Of a stretch of 57,252 nt of DNA, positions 37,246 to 44,267 are shown one piece after another. Each line of letters begins with the position of its first letter. Position 1 is the stretch's first letter. The stretch lies in the NCBI GenBank assembly GCA_045661085.1, contig JAZRFA010000099.1, positions 1 through 57,252 on the forward strand, given 5' to 3'. Under the pieces are notes generated by a model, which was given only the letters and a program-made list of their open reading frames with translations, was not told the origin of the DNA and did not search any database. This DNA comes from Bacteroidaceae bacterium (GTDB taxonomy: Bacteria > Bacteroidota > Bacteroidia > Bacteroidales > Bacteroidaceae). The position numbers and the translations under genes are program-made.

Positions 37246-37519
37246 AAGCAATTGTGCAAAGAGAAAATCAGGAATCAAGCCTAAGGGCACACGTCACAGC
37301 GCCTACCGAATGAAGAAGCATGAGGAGGTCCAACCACCAGAAACACATTTTTTTTGATTTTATCATCACTGCAAGGCAGAGCGAAGGCACTATAAACCAA
37401 AGCATTGCATCAGTGCTCCATACCCTCGAAAGGCAAGAAAGCAACTTTTTTTACAAAATTCTGGAATATGGATTCTGTATACACAAACCATTCTCAATAT
37501 GTCGCAAAAAACATCAGCA

Positions 37520-37629
37520 GGTAGGCGAACCTACCGAAACTATACAATATCTTACTGATTATATGTTATTTGCACCATCGCAACCTGCCGAAAAACCTAC
37601 CGAAAGTCCTACCGAAACTCTTGCCGAAG
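37520..37629. repeat. CCTACCGAAA repeat array: palindrome GGTAGGcgaaCCTACC plus four 12-bp-phased copies
   Basis: The palindrome is at 37520-37535. Phased copies start at 37584, 37596, 37608 and 37620, with the outer two degenerate. An extra copy lies at 37302-37310. Confidence 0.75.
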
Positions 37630-37713
37630 CCTGCGAGAAACCAAGTACAATACACCTCCTCTTTAGCTTCTGTCGAGGGTTACTCAATTCCCACATCCAA
37701 CATTGGAAGATGG

Positions 37714-37791
37714 GGATTATGTGAAATATAAGCACTAAATAAGGCGGATTATGTGAAATATATACCGATTTATAGGGAGGATTATGTGAAA
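37714..37791 (+). repeat. three direct repeats GGATTATGTGAAA spaced 32-33 bp
   Basis: Copies start at 37714, 37746 and 37779, directly upstream of the toxin-antitoxin promoter. Confidence 0.75.
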
Positions 37792-37848
37792 AGTGCTCTC
37801 CTTTCGGCGATCCTAATAGGTGAATTAACATTAAAACAACTCGTTTTT

Positions 37849-37880
37849 TTTGGAAGAATAGAAACGAACCTATATCTTTG
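37849..37880 (+). promoter_or_regulatory. Bacteroidetes-type promoter TTTG-N20-TAtcTTTG for the toxin-antitoxin operon
   Basis: TTTG at 37849-37852 and TATCTTTG at 37873-37880. ATG 37908 lies 28 nt downstream. Confidence 0.6.
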
Positions 37881-37907
37881 TATCAATAAAAATCAAAAGA
37901 AGGGAAT

Positions 37908-38102
37908 ATGTTGCAGAGTTATGTTATCGCACAGGATGCCAACGTTGTGACCGTAAAGATGAGTCGTAGCCGTTGGAACCGTCTCCAAAAGCTGGAGGAG
38001 TCATACAAAGTGGCAGCATCTATCAGAAAAGGGCTGAAGCAAATTGAGAAAGCTTCGGCAATGTCTATGGAAGAAGCCGTTGAGAGCTTGCGTGCGCTAT
38101 GA
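37908..38102 (+). CDS. putative antitoxin (64 aa)
   Basis: Small ORF whose stop overlaps the toxin start in ATGA. The family is not recognised, so the call rests on position. Confidence 0.55.
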   Translation: MLQSYVIAQDANVVTVKMSRSRWNRLQKLEESYKVAASIRKGLKQIEKASAMSMEEAVESLRAL

Positions 38103-38419
38103 GAATCAAGATTTCCGGTGAGTTCAAGATTGCTTACAAGCGCTTGAAGAAACGCCATCGTTCCTTAGAAGCAGACTTCGAATCCTTACTGCTCTCTTTG
38201 CAAGTAGACCCGTATCAAGGGGTGGAAATAATCGAAGGGCTCAGAAAGGTAAGAATGAATGTTACCTCCAAAGGGCGTGGAAAAAGCGGCGGGGCACGTG
38301 TTATCATCCGTCTGAGAATAGTGGATGACGAGTTACAACTGATTTACATCTACGATAAGGCTGACTTTGAGAATGTCAGCGATAGCTATTTGCGAGACAT
38401 ATTGAAGCGCATGGCATAA
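38099..38419 (+). CDS. RelE/ParE-superfamily toxin (106 aa)
   Basis: MRIKISGEFKIAYKRLKK...GLRKVRMNVTSKGRGKSGGARVIIRL...IYIYDKADFENVS. The size, the K/R-rich N-terminus and the GKSGGxRVI motif are typical of RelE/HigB-like toxins. Confidence 0.75.
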   Translation: MRIKISGEFKIAYKRLKKRHRSLEADFESLLLSLQVDPYQGVEIIEGLRKVRMNVTSKGRGKSGGARVIIRLRIVDDELQLIYIYDKADFENVSDSYLRDILKRMA

Positions 38420-38501
38420 CAAGTCCCCACTATTTCTTCTCGCAACGGAATCATTCAAAGCTGTTCGCTATGAGGAGTAGGGGAAGATGAATTGAAAACT
38501 G

Positions 38502-38538
38502 AAAGCCAGCTTGTCGTTGATGGACAAGCTGGCTTTTT
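38502..38538 (+). terminator. intrinsic terminator after the toxin gene
   Basis: AAAGCCAGCTTGTC-gttgatg-GACAAGCTGGCTTT forms a 14-bp stem followed by TT. Confidence 0.8.
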
Positions 38539-38717
38539 AGTCATATTGTGACTATATTGTTGGGATTGCAAATCCCTATACTCATGCACGGTTGATTACA
38601 AATCAGTCGTGACGGAGCCAACTTGGAAAAAACGAGAAGATTTTCTCGCTTTGGGGACGAAACTCCTTTGGAAAAGTGATTTGTGCTCTATAGAAAAGTT
38701 ATAACATATTAGTATAC

Positions 38718-38748
38718 TTGCTTATGCAAAAGCAAACCATTACCTTTG
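38718..38748 (+). promoter_or_regulatory. candidate promoter (c)TTG-N20-TAccTTTG for the HAD gene
   Basis: TACCTTTG at 38741-38748 and a partial -33 at 38718-38720. ATG 38771 follows. Confidence 0.5.
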
Positions 38749-38770
38749 TCTATCAAAACGAAAAAGGACA

Positions 38771-39382
38771 ATGATCAAGAATATCATCTTTGACTGGGGT
38801 GGGGTGCTCATACACCTCGACAAGGCGCGTTGCACGGAGGCGTTCCGGCAGCTGGGCGTGGAGGTGAGCGACGAGCTGACCAACCCCTATGGGCAGCGTG
38901 CCGACCTGATGGACTTCGAGAAGGGACTGATGACGGTGGCGGAGTTTCACGACACGGTGCGCCGCGTGTATGCACCTGAGCTCACCGATGAGCAGATTGA
39001 CCATGCATGGAGCGCTCTGCTGCTCGACATCCCCACGTATAAGCTCGACACGCTGCTGGAGCTGAAGCAGCGCTACCGTCTGTTCCTCTTGAGCAATACC
39101 AATGCAGTGCACTGGGAGGAGGGGCGCAAGCGATTCGACTACAAGGGCTACAGAGCCGAGGACTACTTTGACCAGATATTCCTCTCGCACGAGATACACG
39201 AGCTGAAGCCGACAGCCGAGGCCTTCCTCAAGGTGGCTCAGCTGGCGGGGATCGAACCCGAGGAGACGCTCTTCGTGGATGACCTGGAGGTGAGCTGCAA
39301 GTCTGCCGAGGCACTGGGCTTCCACACCTATTGCCCGATAGCCAATACAGATTGGCGCTTGGAATTGAAAATTGAAAACTGA
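38771..39382 (+). CDS. HAD-superfamily hydrolase (subfamily IA phosphatase-like)
   Basis: MIKNIIFDWGGVLI provides the DxG motif I, LLSNTN motif II, and FVDD motif IV. The last residues, ELKIEN, are encoded by the AATTGAAAATTGAAAA repeat. Confidence 0.8.
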   Translation: MIKNIIFDWGGVLIHLDKARCTEAFRQLGVEVSDELTNPYGQRADLMDFEKGLMTVAEFHDTVRRVYAPELTDEQIDHAWSALLLDIPTYKLDTLLELKQRYRLFLLSNTNAVHWEEGRKRFDYKGYRAEDYFDQIFLSHEIHELKPTAEAFLKVAQLAGIEPEETLFVDDLEVSCKSAEALGFHTYCPIANTDWRLELKIEN

Positions 39383-39522
39383 GATTGAGCGAGAGCAGAG
39401 GTCGTTTGCGAGTTCTGCCGAGCGTTAGTAGTTTCGACGAAGTTAACGATGAAAGATGAACGTGGTCTTGAGATGAGTAGTTTGGCATTTAATTCTCAAT
39501 TTTCAATTCTCAATTTTCAATT
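39361..39522. repeat. MITE-like unit: inverted AATTGAAAATTGA(G/A)AA blocks (39361-39390 and 39491-39522) around an AGCGAG-type core
   Basis: GGAATTGAAAATTGAAAACTGAGATTG pairs with AATTCTCAATTTTCAATTCTCAATTTTCAATT in inverse orientation. The core, GAGCGAGAGCAGAGG...GCCGAGCG, resembles 36895-36960. Confidence 0.6.
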
Positions 39523-40633
39523 GGGTTCTGTTGCCACCATCGGTTCGTTTGATGGGGTGCATCGGGGGCATCAGTGCTTGCTCTCTCAGGTGCGCCATAT
39601 CGCTGATGAGCGGGGGCTGAGGGCTATGGCCATCACCTTCGGCACATCGCCGAGGAGCGTGCTGGGCAGGGGCGACTGTCCCCAGCTGACCACTGCCGAT
39701 GAGCGTACCGCCTTGCTCCGGCAGGTAGGGATGGATGAGGTGGCGGTGCTCGACTTTACGCCTCAGATGGCCGCGATGACGGCACGCGACTTCATGCAAC
39801 AGGTGCTCAGGGATCAGCTACACGTGGCGGTGCTGGTCATCGGGTATGACCACCGCTTCGGGCGTGGACGCAGCGAGGGATTCGACGACTATGTGCGCTA
39901 TGGCCAGGAGATGGGCATCGAGGTGGTGCGTGGCGAGGCCTGCATCGAGGATGGAGAGCCTGTGAGCTCGACCCGCATTCGCCATCTGCTGGAAGAGGGC
40001 CAGGTGGATGAGGCTGCACAGCTGCTGGGCTACCGCTATACCCTGCGCGGCAGGGTGGTGGGCGGCTACCGGGAGGGACGCAAGATGGGCTTCCCCACGG
40101 CAAACATAAGCATTGACAACGGACAACAGACAACGGACAAGGTTTGTGCCAGCGAGCGAAACGCAAGTGCACTTGCGTTTTCTCAGCGAGTGCAACCAAA
40201 TCTCAACAACGAAGTTGTTAGCGGACAACAGACAACGGACGAGGTGACTGATTGCAAATTGATACCTGCCGATGGGGTGTATGCGGTGTGGGTGAAGATT
40301 GGACAACAGACAACAGACAACGGACAACGGACGACAGACAAGACTTGTGCCCATGAACCTCAAGAAAAAAATAATTTTCCATTCTCAATTTTCCATTCTC
40401 AATTAAAAAAGGGTATGCTCAACATCGGCTATCGCCCCACGCTGAACAATGGCAAGGAGCGCAGCATCGAGGTGCATATCCTCGACTTCGAGGGCGATCT
40501 CTACGGCAAGGATATCACGGTGGAGTTTGTTTGCCGCTTGCGCGATGAACGCACATTTGCCAATACAGAAGAACTGACCGGGCAGCTGATGCGGGATCGA
40601 GAGCAGGTGAGCGAACTGCTCACGACAAAATGA
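39449..40633 (+). CDS. ribF: bifunctional riboflavin kinase / FMN adenylyltransferase with in-frame repeat insertions
   Basis: ATIGSFDGVHRGHQ (FMNAT motif), GRKMGFPTANI, GVYAVWV, NIGYRPT and EVHILDFEGDLYG (kinase domain). The start is uncertain: ATG 39449, ATG 39473 or TTG 39521, because the 5' end overlaps the AATTCTCAATTTTC repeat. The ORF is ~70-80 aa longer than the RibF proteins I know. Confidence 0.85.
   Translation: MKDERGLEMSSLAFNSQFSILNFQLGSVATIGSFDGVHRGHQCLLSQVRHIADERGLRAMAITFGTSPRSVLGRGDCPQLTTADERTALLRQVGMDEVAVLDFTPQMAAMTARDFMQQVLRDQLHVAVLVIGYDHRFGRGRSEGFDDYVRYGQEMGIEVVRGEACIEDGEPVSSTRIRHLLEEGQVDEAAQLLGYRYTLRGRVVGGYREGRKMGFPTANISIDNGQQTTDKVCASERNASALAFSQRVQPNLNNEVVSGQQTTDEVTDCKLIPADGVYAVWVKIGQQTTDNGQRTTDKTCAHEPQEKNNFPFSIFHSQLKKGMLNIGYRPTLNNGKERSIEVHILDFEGDLYGKDITVEFVCRLRDERTFANTEELTGQLMRDREQVSELLTTK
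40118..40258 (+). repeat. insertion 1 inside ribF: GGACAACAGACAACGGAC(A/G)AGG direct repeats 102 bp apart flanking an AGCGAGCGAAA-hairpin-AGCGAGTGCAA core
   Basis: Direct repeats lie at 40121 and 40223. The core, AGCGAGCGAAACGCAAGTGCACTTGCGTTTTCTCAGCGAGTGCAA, has the same architecture as the intergenic repeat at 48028-48078. It translates as NGQQTTDKVCASERNASALAFSQRVQPNLNNEVVSGQQTTDEVTDC, between PTANISID and KLIPADGVYA. Confidence 0.7.
40301..40406 (+). repeat. insertion 2 inside ribF: third GGACAACAGACAAC copy plus an AATTCTCAATTTTCC-type repeat
   Basis: GGACAACAGACAACAGACAACGGACAACGGACGACAGACAAG ... TTTTCCATTCTCAATTTTCCATTCTCAATT translates as GQQTTDNGQRTTDKTCAHEPQEKNNFPFSIFHSQLKK, between VWVKI and GMLNIGYRPT. 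Confidence 0.7.
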
Positions 40634-40719
40634 AGATTTTGGGAGTGAATTGTGGCTCAAAGTCAACAAAAAAGCGTACTTTTGCACGATAATAGCATCG
40701 TAATAATGAATTATAGGAT

Positions 40720-43182
40720 ATGAAGAAAGAAAGTCTGTGGCAGCGATATGGTGCCTATGCTGTGGCATTGGCATTGTTTGTGGCATTGGCGTGCATCTAT
40801 TGCTCGCCTGCATTGGAGGGCAAGGTAATCCAGTCGGGTGACAGCACCAATGCAACCTCGGCCGTGCGCGAGGTGGGAGAGTATGTCAAGAATACGGGTG
40901 ACAACTCATTCTGGACAGGCTCGATGTTTAGCGGTATGCCCAACTATCAGATCGGTGGCGGGCGCTATGAGTCGACAGCTTGGCTGAAGCCCTTCCGCAG
41001 CATCATGCTCAAGGGACATGGCAGCGCGCCGTGGGTACTCATCGTGTACTTCGTGTGTTTCTATATGCTGATGCGGGCATTCAATATCAACAAGTGGCTC
41101 AGTATCGTGGGCGCGATGGCCACGGGATTCTCTTCCTACTTCCTCGTCATCATTGCGGCAGGACACAACTCGAAGACCTCCTCGATAGCCCTCGTCTCGG
41201 TGGTGGTGGCAGGATTCTACCTGATATTCCGCAAACGCTATGGGTGGGGCGTGGTGCTGACTATGCTCTTTACGGCTATCGGATTTGCCAACCATCCGCA
41301 GATGTCGTATTACCTGTTTATGATGATTGGACTCTTCTACTTTGCCGAGTTGAGTATCCATATCAAGGAGAAGCGTTACAAGGATCTTGCTGTTGGCTCG
41401 CTGTTGTTCTTCGGCTCGTTGGCTGTGGGATTGGGTACGGGAACCTCCAAGACATTCGCCAATATGGAGTATGCCGAGCAGACCATGCGAGGCGGCCACT
41501 CTGACCTGCAAAAAACCTCGGATGGGGAAAACAAGACCAAGGGCCTCGACCTCGACTATGCCACGGCCTGGAGCTATGGCATTGATGAAACATTGTCGTT
41601 CCTGATACCAGGAGCATTGGGCGGTGCCTCAAGTTATGATGTGGGCACCGACTCGGAGCTGTACAAGTCGTTGGTGAAGCATGGCGTGCCTCGCCAGTCG
41701 GCAGCACAGTTCTGTGCCAATGTGCCGCTCTATTGGGGCGACCAGCCCTTCACGGCGGGTAACGTATATATGGGTGCTGTCGTGTGCTTCCTCTTCGTGT
41801 TGGGTCTGCTCATTGTGCAGGGACCCTACAAGTGGGCCATATTGGCAGCTACGCTCTTCTCAGTGCTCCTGGCCTTAGGGCACAACTTCATGTGGCTCAC
41901 GGAACTGTTCTTCAACTACTTCCCCATGTACAGCAAGTTCCGTGCCGTGTCGTCTATTCTCATTGTGGCCGAGGTGGCCATGCCGCTGCTCGGATTCTTG
42001 GCGGTGAAGGTACTGATGGACGGTAAGCTCACGCGCGAGAAGGCTGTCAAGAATATCTATATCGCAGCGGGTGTGACAGCAGGGCTCTGCCTTGCCGTAG
42101 CGCTCTTCGGCGGTGCGATGTTTGACTTCACAGCTCCGATTGATGGTAGCCTTGCCAAGCAGCTCCCCGACTTTGCCTACCAGGGTATACTGGCCGAGCG
42201 TGAGGCACTGATGAAGGGTGATGCATGGCGTTCGTTCCTCTTTATCGTACTGGCTACCGCTACGTTGTGGGTGTTTGCTCAGGGCAAGCTCAAGTGGGGA
42301 TATATGGTGGCTATCTTGGGTGTGTTGGTGGTGGTCGATATGTGGCCTGTGAACAAGCGATACTTCAACGACAGTCATTTTGTGACGAAGAAGAGCAATG
42401 ACACTGCCTTCCAGATGCAACCCTATGAGAAGCTTATCCTACAGGACAAAGACCCACACTTCCGCGTGATGAACCTGGCTTCGAACACGTTCAACGATGC
42501 GCGTACGTCATATTACCTGAAGTCGATAGGTGGTTACCATGCAGCCAAGTTGCGTCGATACCAAGACTTGATAGACCAGCACATCTCGAAGATGAATATG
42601 AATGTCATCGGAATGCTCAATGCTAAGTACTTCATCGTGCCCGACAAGAAGGGAGGGCAGCCCCAGGTGCAACACAATCCCTATGCTATGGGCAATGCGT
42701 GGTTTGTGGATACGCTGCTCGTGGCAGAGAACGCCAATGAGGAGAGCGACGCACTCAACTACATAGACCTGCACACTACGGCTGTGCTCGACAAGGAGTT
42801 TGCCGGCTACGTGGAGGACTTCACGCCTGAGCGCGACCCCGAGGCTATGGTGCGCCTCACCCAATATACACCGCGCTACATCGATTACGAATACTCGACA
42901 AGCAAGCCGGGCACCATCGTATTCTCTGAAATCTACTATCCCTATGGATGGAAGGCTACGATTGATGGGCAGCCTGCCGATATCTATCGTGTGAACTATA
43001 TGCTACGTGCCATCAACGTGCCGGCTGGTACGCACAAGATCCATATGGAGTTTGCACCCGATAGCGTGAAGAAGGGCGACACCATTGCTATGGTGTGCAT
43101 CGTCATCATGTATGGTACGATGCTTGTGCTTTTAGCCTTGGGACTCTATGGCGCCATGCGCAAGCGTAAGGTGAAGGAGTGA
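40720..43182 (+). CDS. YfhO-family polytopic membrane protein (putative glycan/lipid-linked sugar transferase)
   Basis: 820 aa with ~12-13 predicted TM helices in the N-terminal 550 aa, a soluble ~230-aa domain and a final TM helix (IAMVCIVIMYGTMLVLLALGLYGAM). This is the YfhO architecture as I recall it. A TAcTTTTG box lies at 40677-40684. Confidence 0.55.
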   Translation: MKKESLWQRYGAYAVALALFVALACIYCSPALEGKVIQSGDSTNATSAVREVGEYVKNTGDNSFWTGSMFSGMPNYQIGGGRYESTAWLKPFRSIMLKGHGSAPWVLIVYFVCFYMLMRAFNINKWLSIVGAMATGFSSYFLVIIAAGHNSKTSSIALVSVVVAGFYLIFRKRYGWGVVLTMLFTAIGFANHPQMSYYLFMMIGLFYFAELSIHIKEKRYKDLAVGSLLFFGSLAVGLGTGTSKTFANMEYAEQTMRGGHSDLQKTSDGENKTKGLDLDYATAWSYGIDETLSFLIPGALGGASSYDVGTDSELYKSLVKHGVPRQSAAQFCANVPLYWGDQPFTAGNVYMGAVVCFLFVLGLLIVQGPYKWAILAATLFSVLLALGHNFMWLTELFFNYFPMYSKFRAVSSILIVAEVAMPLLGFLAVKVLMDGKLTREKAVKNIYIAAGVTAGLCLAVALFGGAMFDFTAPIDGSLAKQLPDFAYQGILAEREALMKGDAWRSFLFIVLATATLWVFAQGKLKWGYMVAILGVLVVVDMWPVNKRYFNDSHFVTKKSNDTAFQMQPYEKLILQDKDPHFRVMNLASNTFNDARTSYYLKSIGGYHAAKLRRYQDLIDQHISKMNMNVIGMLNAKYFIVPDKKGGQPQVQHNPYAMGNAWFVDTLLVAENANEESDALNYIDLHTTAVLDKEFAGYVEDFTPERDPEAMVRLTQYTPRYIDYEYSTSKPGTIVFSEIYYPYGWKATIDGQPADIYRVNYMLRAINVPAGTHKIHMEFAPDSVKKGDTIAMVCIVIMYGTMLVLLALGLYGAMRKRKVKE

Positions 43183-43205
43183 TGCTTCTATCGCGATATA
43201 CGACA

Positions 43206-43241
43206 ATCGGGTGCCTCTTGTAGGAGTGCACCCGATGTCTT
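43206..43241. terminator. bidirectional terminator between the YfhO-like gene and the fucosyltransferase gene
   Basis: ATCGGGTGC...GCACCCGAT forms a 9-bp stem, extendable by CTC/GAG, followed by GTCTTTTA. Confidence 0.6.
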
Positions 43242-44267
43242 TTATGTGAACCGCTTAATGAGGCGGTCAAGCTTCCAGAGTATGCCTTTGCGGCGATGCT
43301 TCCAGAAGTATTTCATGTAGAGGCGCTCGGCAATGCCGCGCAGGCTGTTACGGTAGGCCTTGGTGTGTTGCTGCATACGCTTTACGTAGCGGAGGCCCCA
43401 ATAGACGCGGTTGTAGCGTGTGGCTTGCTCAAGAGGTTGATCCACGATGTGGCAGAGGAAACGTGTGAGCTCTGCCATCTTGGCCTCGATGCTGTCGGCC
43501 TCAGGATGCTTGAGCGCAGGGGCTGCCAGCATACGGGCATAGAGCTCGGGGTCGGCATCGATGTGCTTGATGGTCTCCAATACCTCGTCCCACGAGGAAT
43601 AGCTGAGGCAGTTGATGAAGGCCTCTTCGTTGAAGGTTTCTGTGGCAGTGGGGTCGCCCCAATAGATGGGTACGGACTGTGCTGCAAACGATTGTACCAG
43701 CTTCTCGGTGCAGTAGCCGGGGTAGCTGCTGTTCTCGAAGGAGAAACTGAATTTGTGTTGCAGCTCGAAGGCGAGCTTGTCGGCCACAGGACCTCCTATA
43801 TTGTTGCGGTAGCGACCGCCTGATGAGACTTGCTTGTAGGTGGAGAGCTGATTGAAGAACTCCTCACGCACCGCCGAGGCTCTGTCGTTGGAGTAGACAA
43901 AGCTGCAGAATCCAGTCTTTGTGGGGGCAGGCTTGGTGTGCTTCTCCTGCATCAGTCGGAACGACTCCTGATAACGGTTGAGGTAGCAGATGGGTAGGCG
44001 CATATAGCGGTCGCCCAATGTCAGGTGCTCAAAGCCGAGGGCATAGTCGTAGAGGTTGAAGTCGGGGCACTGGTTCTCGCCAGTATAGAATATCTTCACG
44101 CAATCATAACGTAGGTGCTCCTCACCGAAGACCGAGCAGAAGAGGTAGTCGGGCGTGTCGGACAACTCCACATCGTAGTGCTCGCAGAGGAGCTGGTAGA
44201 AGATGTTCTTCTCGGGCAGGAAATCGTCCCAGAAGTCAACAAACTTGATACGGATATGTTTCTTCAT
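43242..44267 (-). CDS. GT10-family alpha-1,3-fucosyltransferase
   Basis: 341 aa. FSFSFENSSYPGYCTEKLVQSF matches the FxxxFENSxxxGYxTEK signature of GT10 fucosyltransferases. Confidence 0.75.
   Translation of the reverse strand: MKKHIRIKFVDFWDDFLPEKNIFYQLLCEHYDVELSDTPDYLFCSVFGEEHLRYDCVKIFYTGENQCPDFNLYDYALGFEHLTLGDRYMRLPICYLNRYQESFRLMQEKHTKPAPTKTGFCSFVYSNDRASAVREEFFNQLSTYKQVSSGGRYRNNIGGPVADKLAFELQHKFSFSFENSSYPGYCTEKLVQSFAAQSVPIYWGDPTATETFNEEAFINCLSYSSWDEVLETIKHIDADPELYARMLAAPALKHPEADSIEAKMAELTRFLCHIVDQPLEQATRYNRVYWGLRYVKRMQQHTKAYRNSLRGIAERLYMKYFWKHRRKGILWKLDRLIKRFT

Noticed and set aside
35087-37629. Phased 12-bp repeat arrays, considered as a CRISPR array
   Set aside because: The units are contiguous 12-mers without spacers. 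There are only 3-4 copies, no cas genes are present, and the two arrays are in inverted orientation.
37320-37724. 134-aa ORF in the repeat-rich spacer
   Set aside because: Its sequence is produced by translating the CCTACCGAAA repeats (PAEKPTESPTETLAE). It has no promoter box, is rich in odd residues and shows no family resemblance. The region is better explained as non-coding iteron DNA.
38556-38620. Two hairpins with anticodon-loop-like sequences (GGGATTGCAAATCCC; TGATTACAAATCA), considered as a degenerate tRNA-Cys
   Set aside because: No acceptor stem, D-arm or GTTCGAATC-type T-loop can be drawn around them. They are kept only as unexplained small hairpins.
40118-40406. ribF insertions, considered as an intein, a group I/II intron or a programmed frameshift
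   Set aside because: The reading frame is continuous with no stops. There are no intein splice motifs (no Cys/Ser ... HN-Cys/Ser/Thr boundary blocks) and no intron-like structure. The DNA matches local intergenic repeat families instead.
39818-41511. Minus-strand ORFs 39818-40363, 40403-40855 and 40906-41511 opposite ribF and the YfhO-like gene
   Set aside because: They are Arg/His/Pro-rich shadow ORFs antisense to genes with clear motifs or transmembrane architecture.
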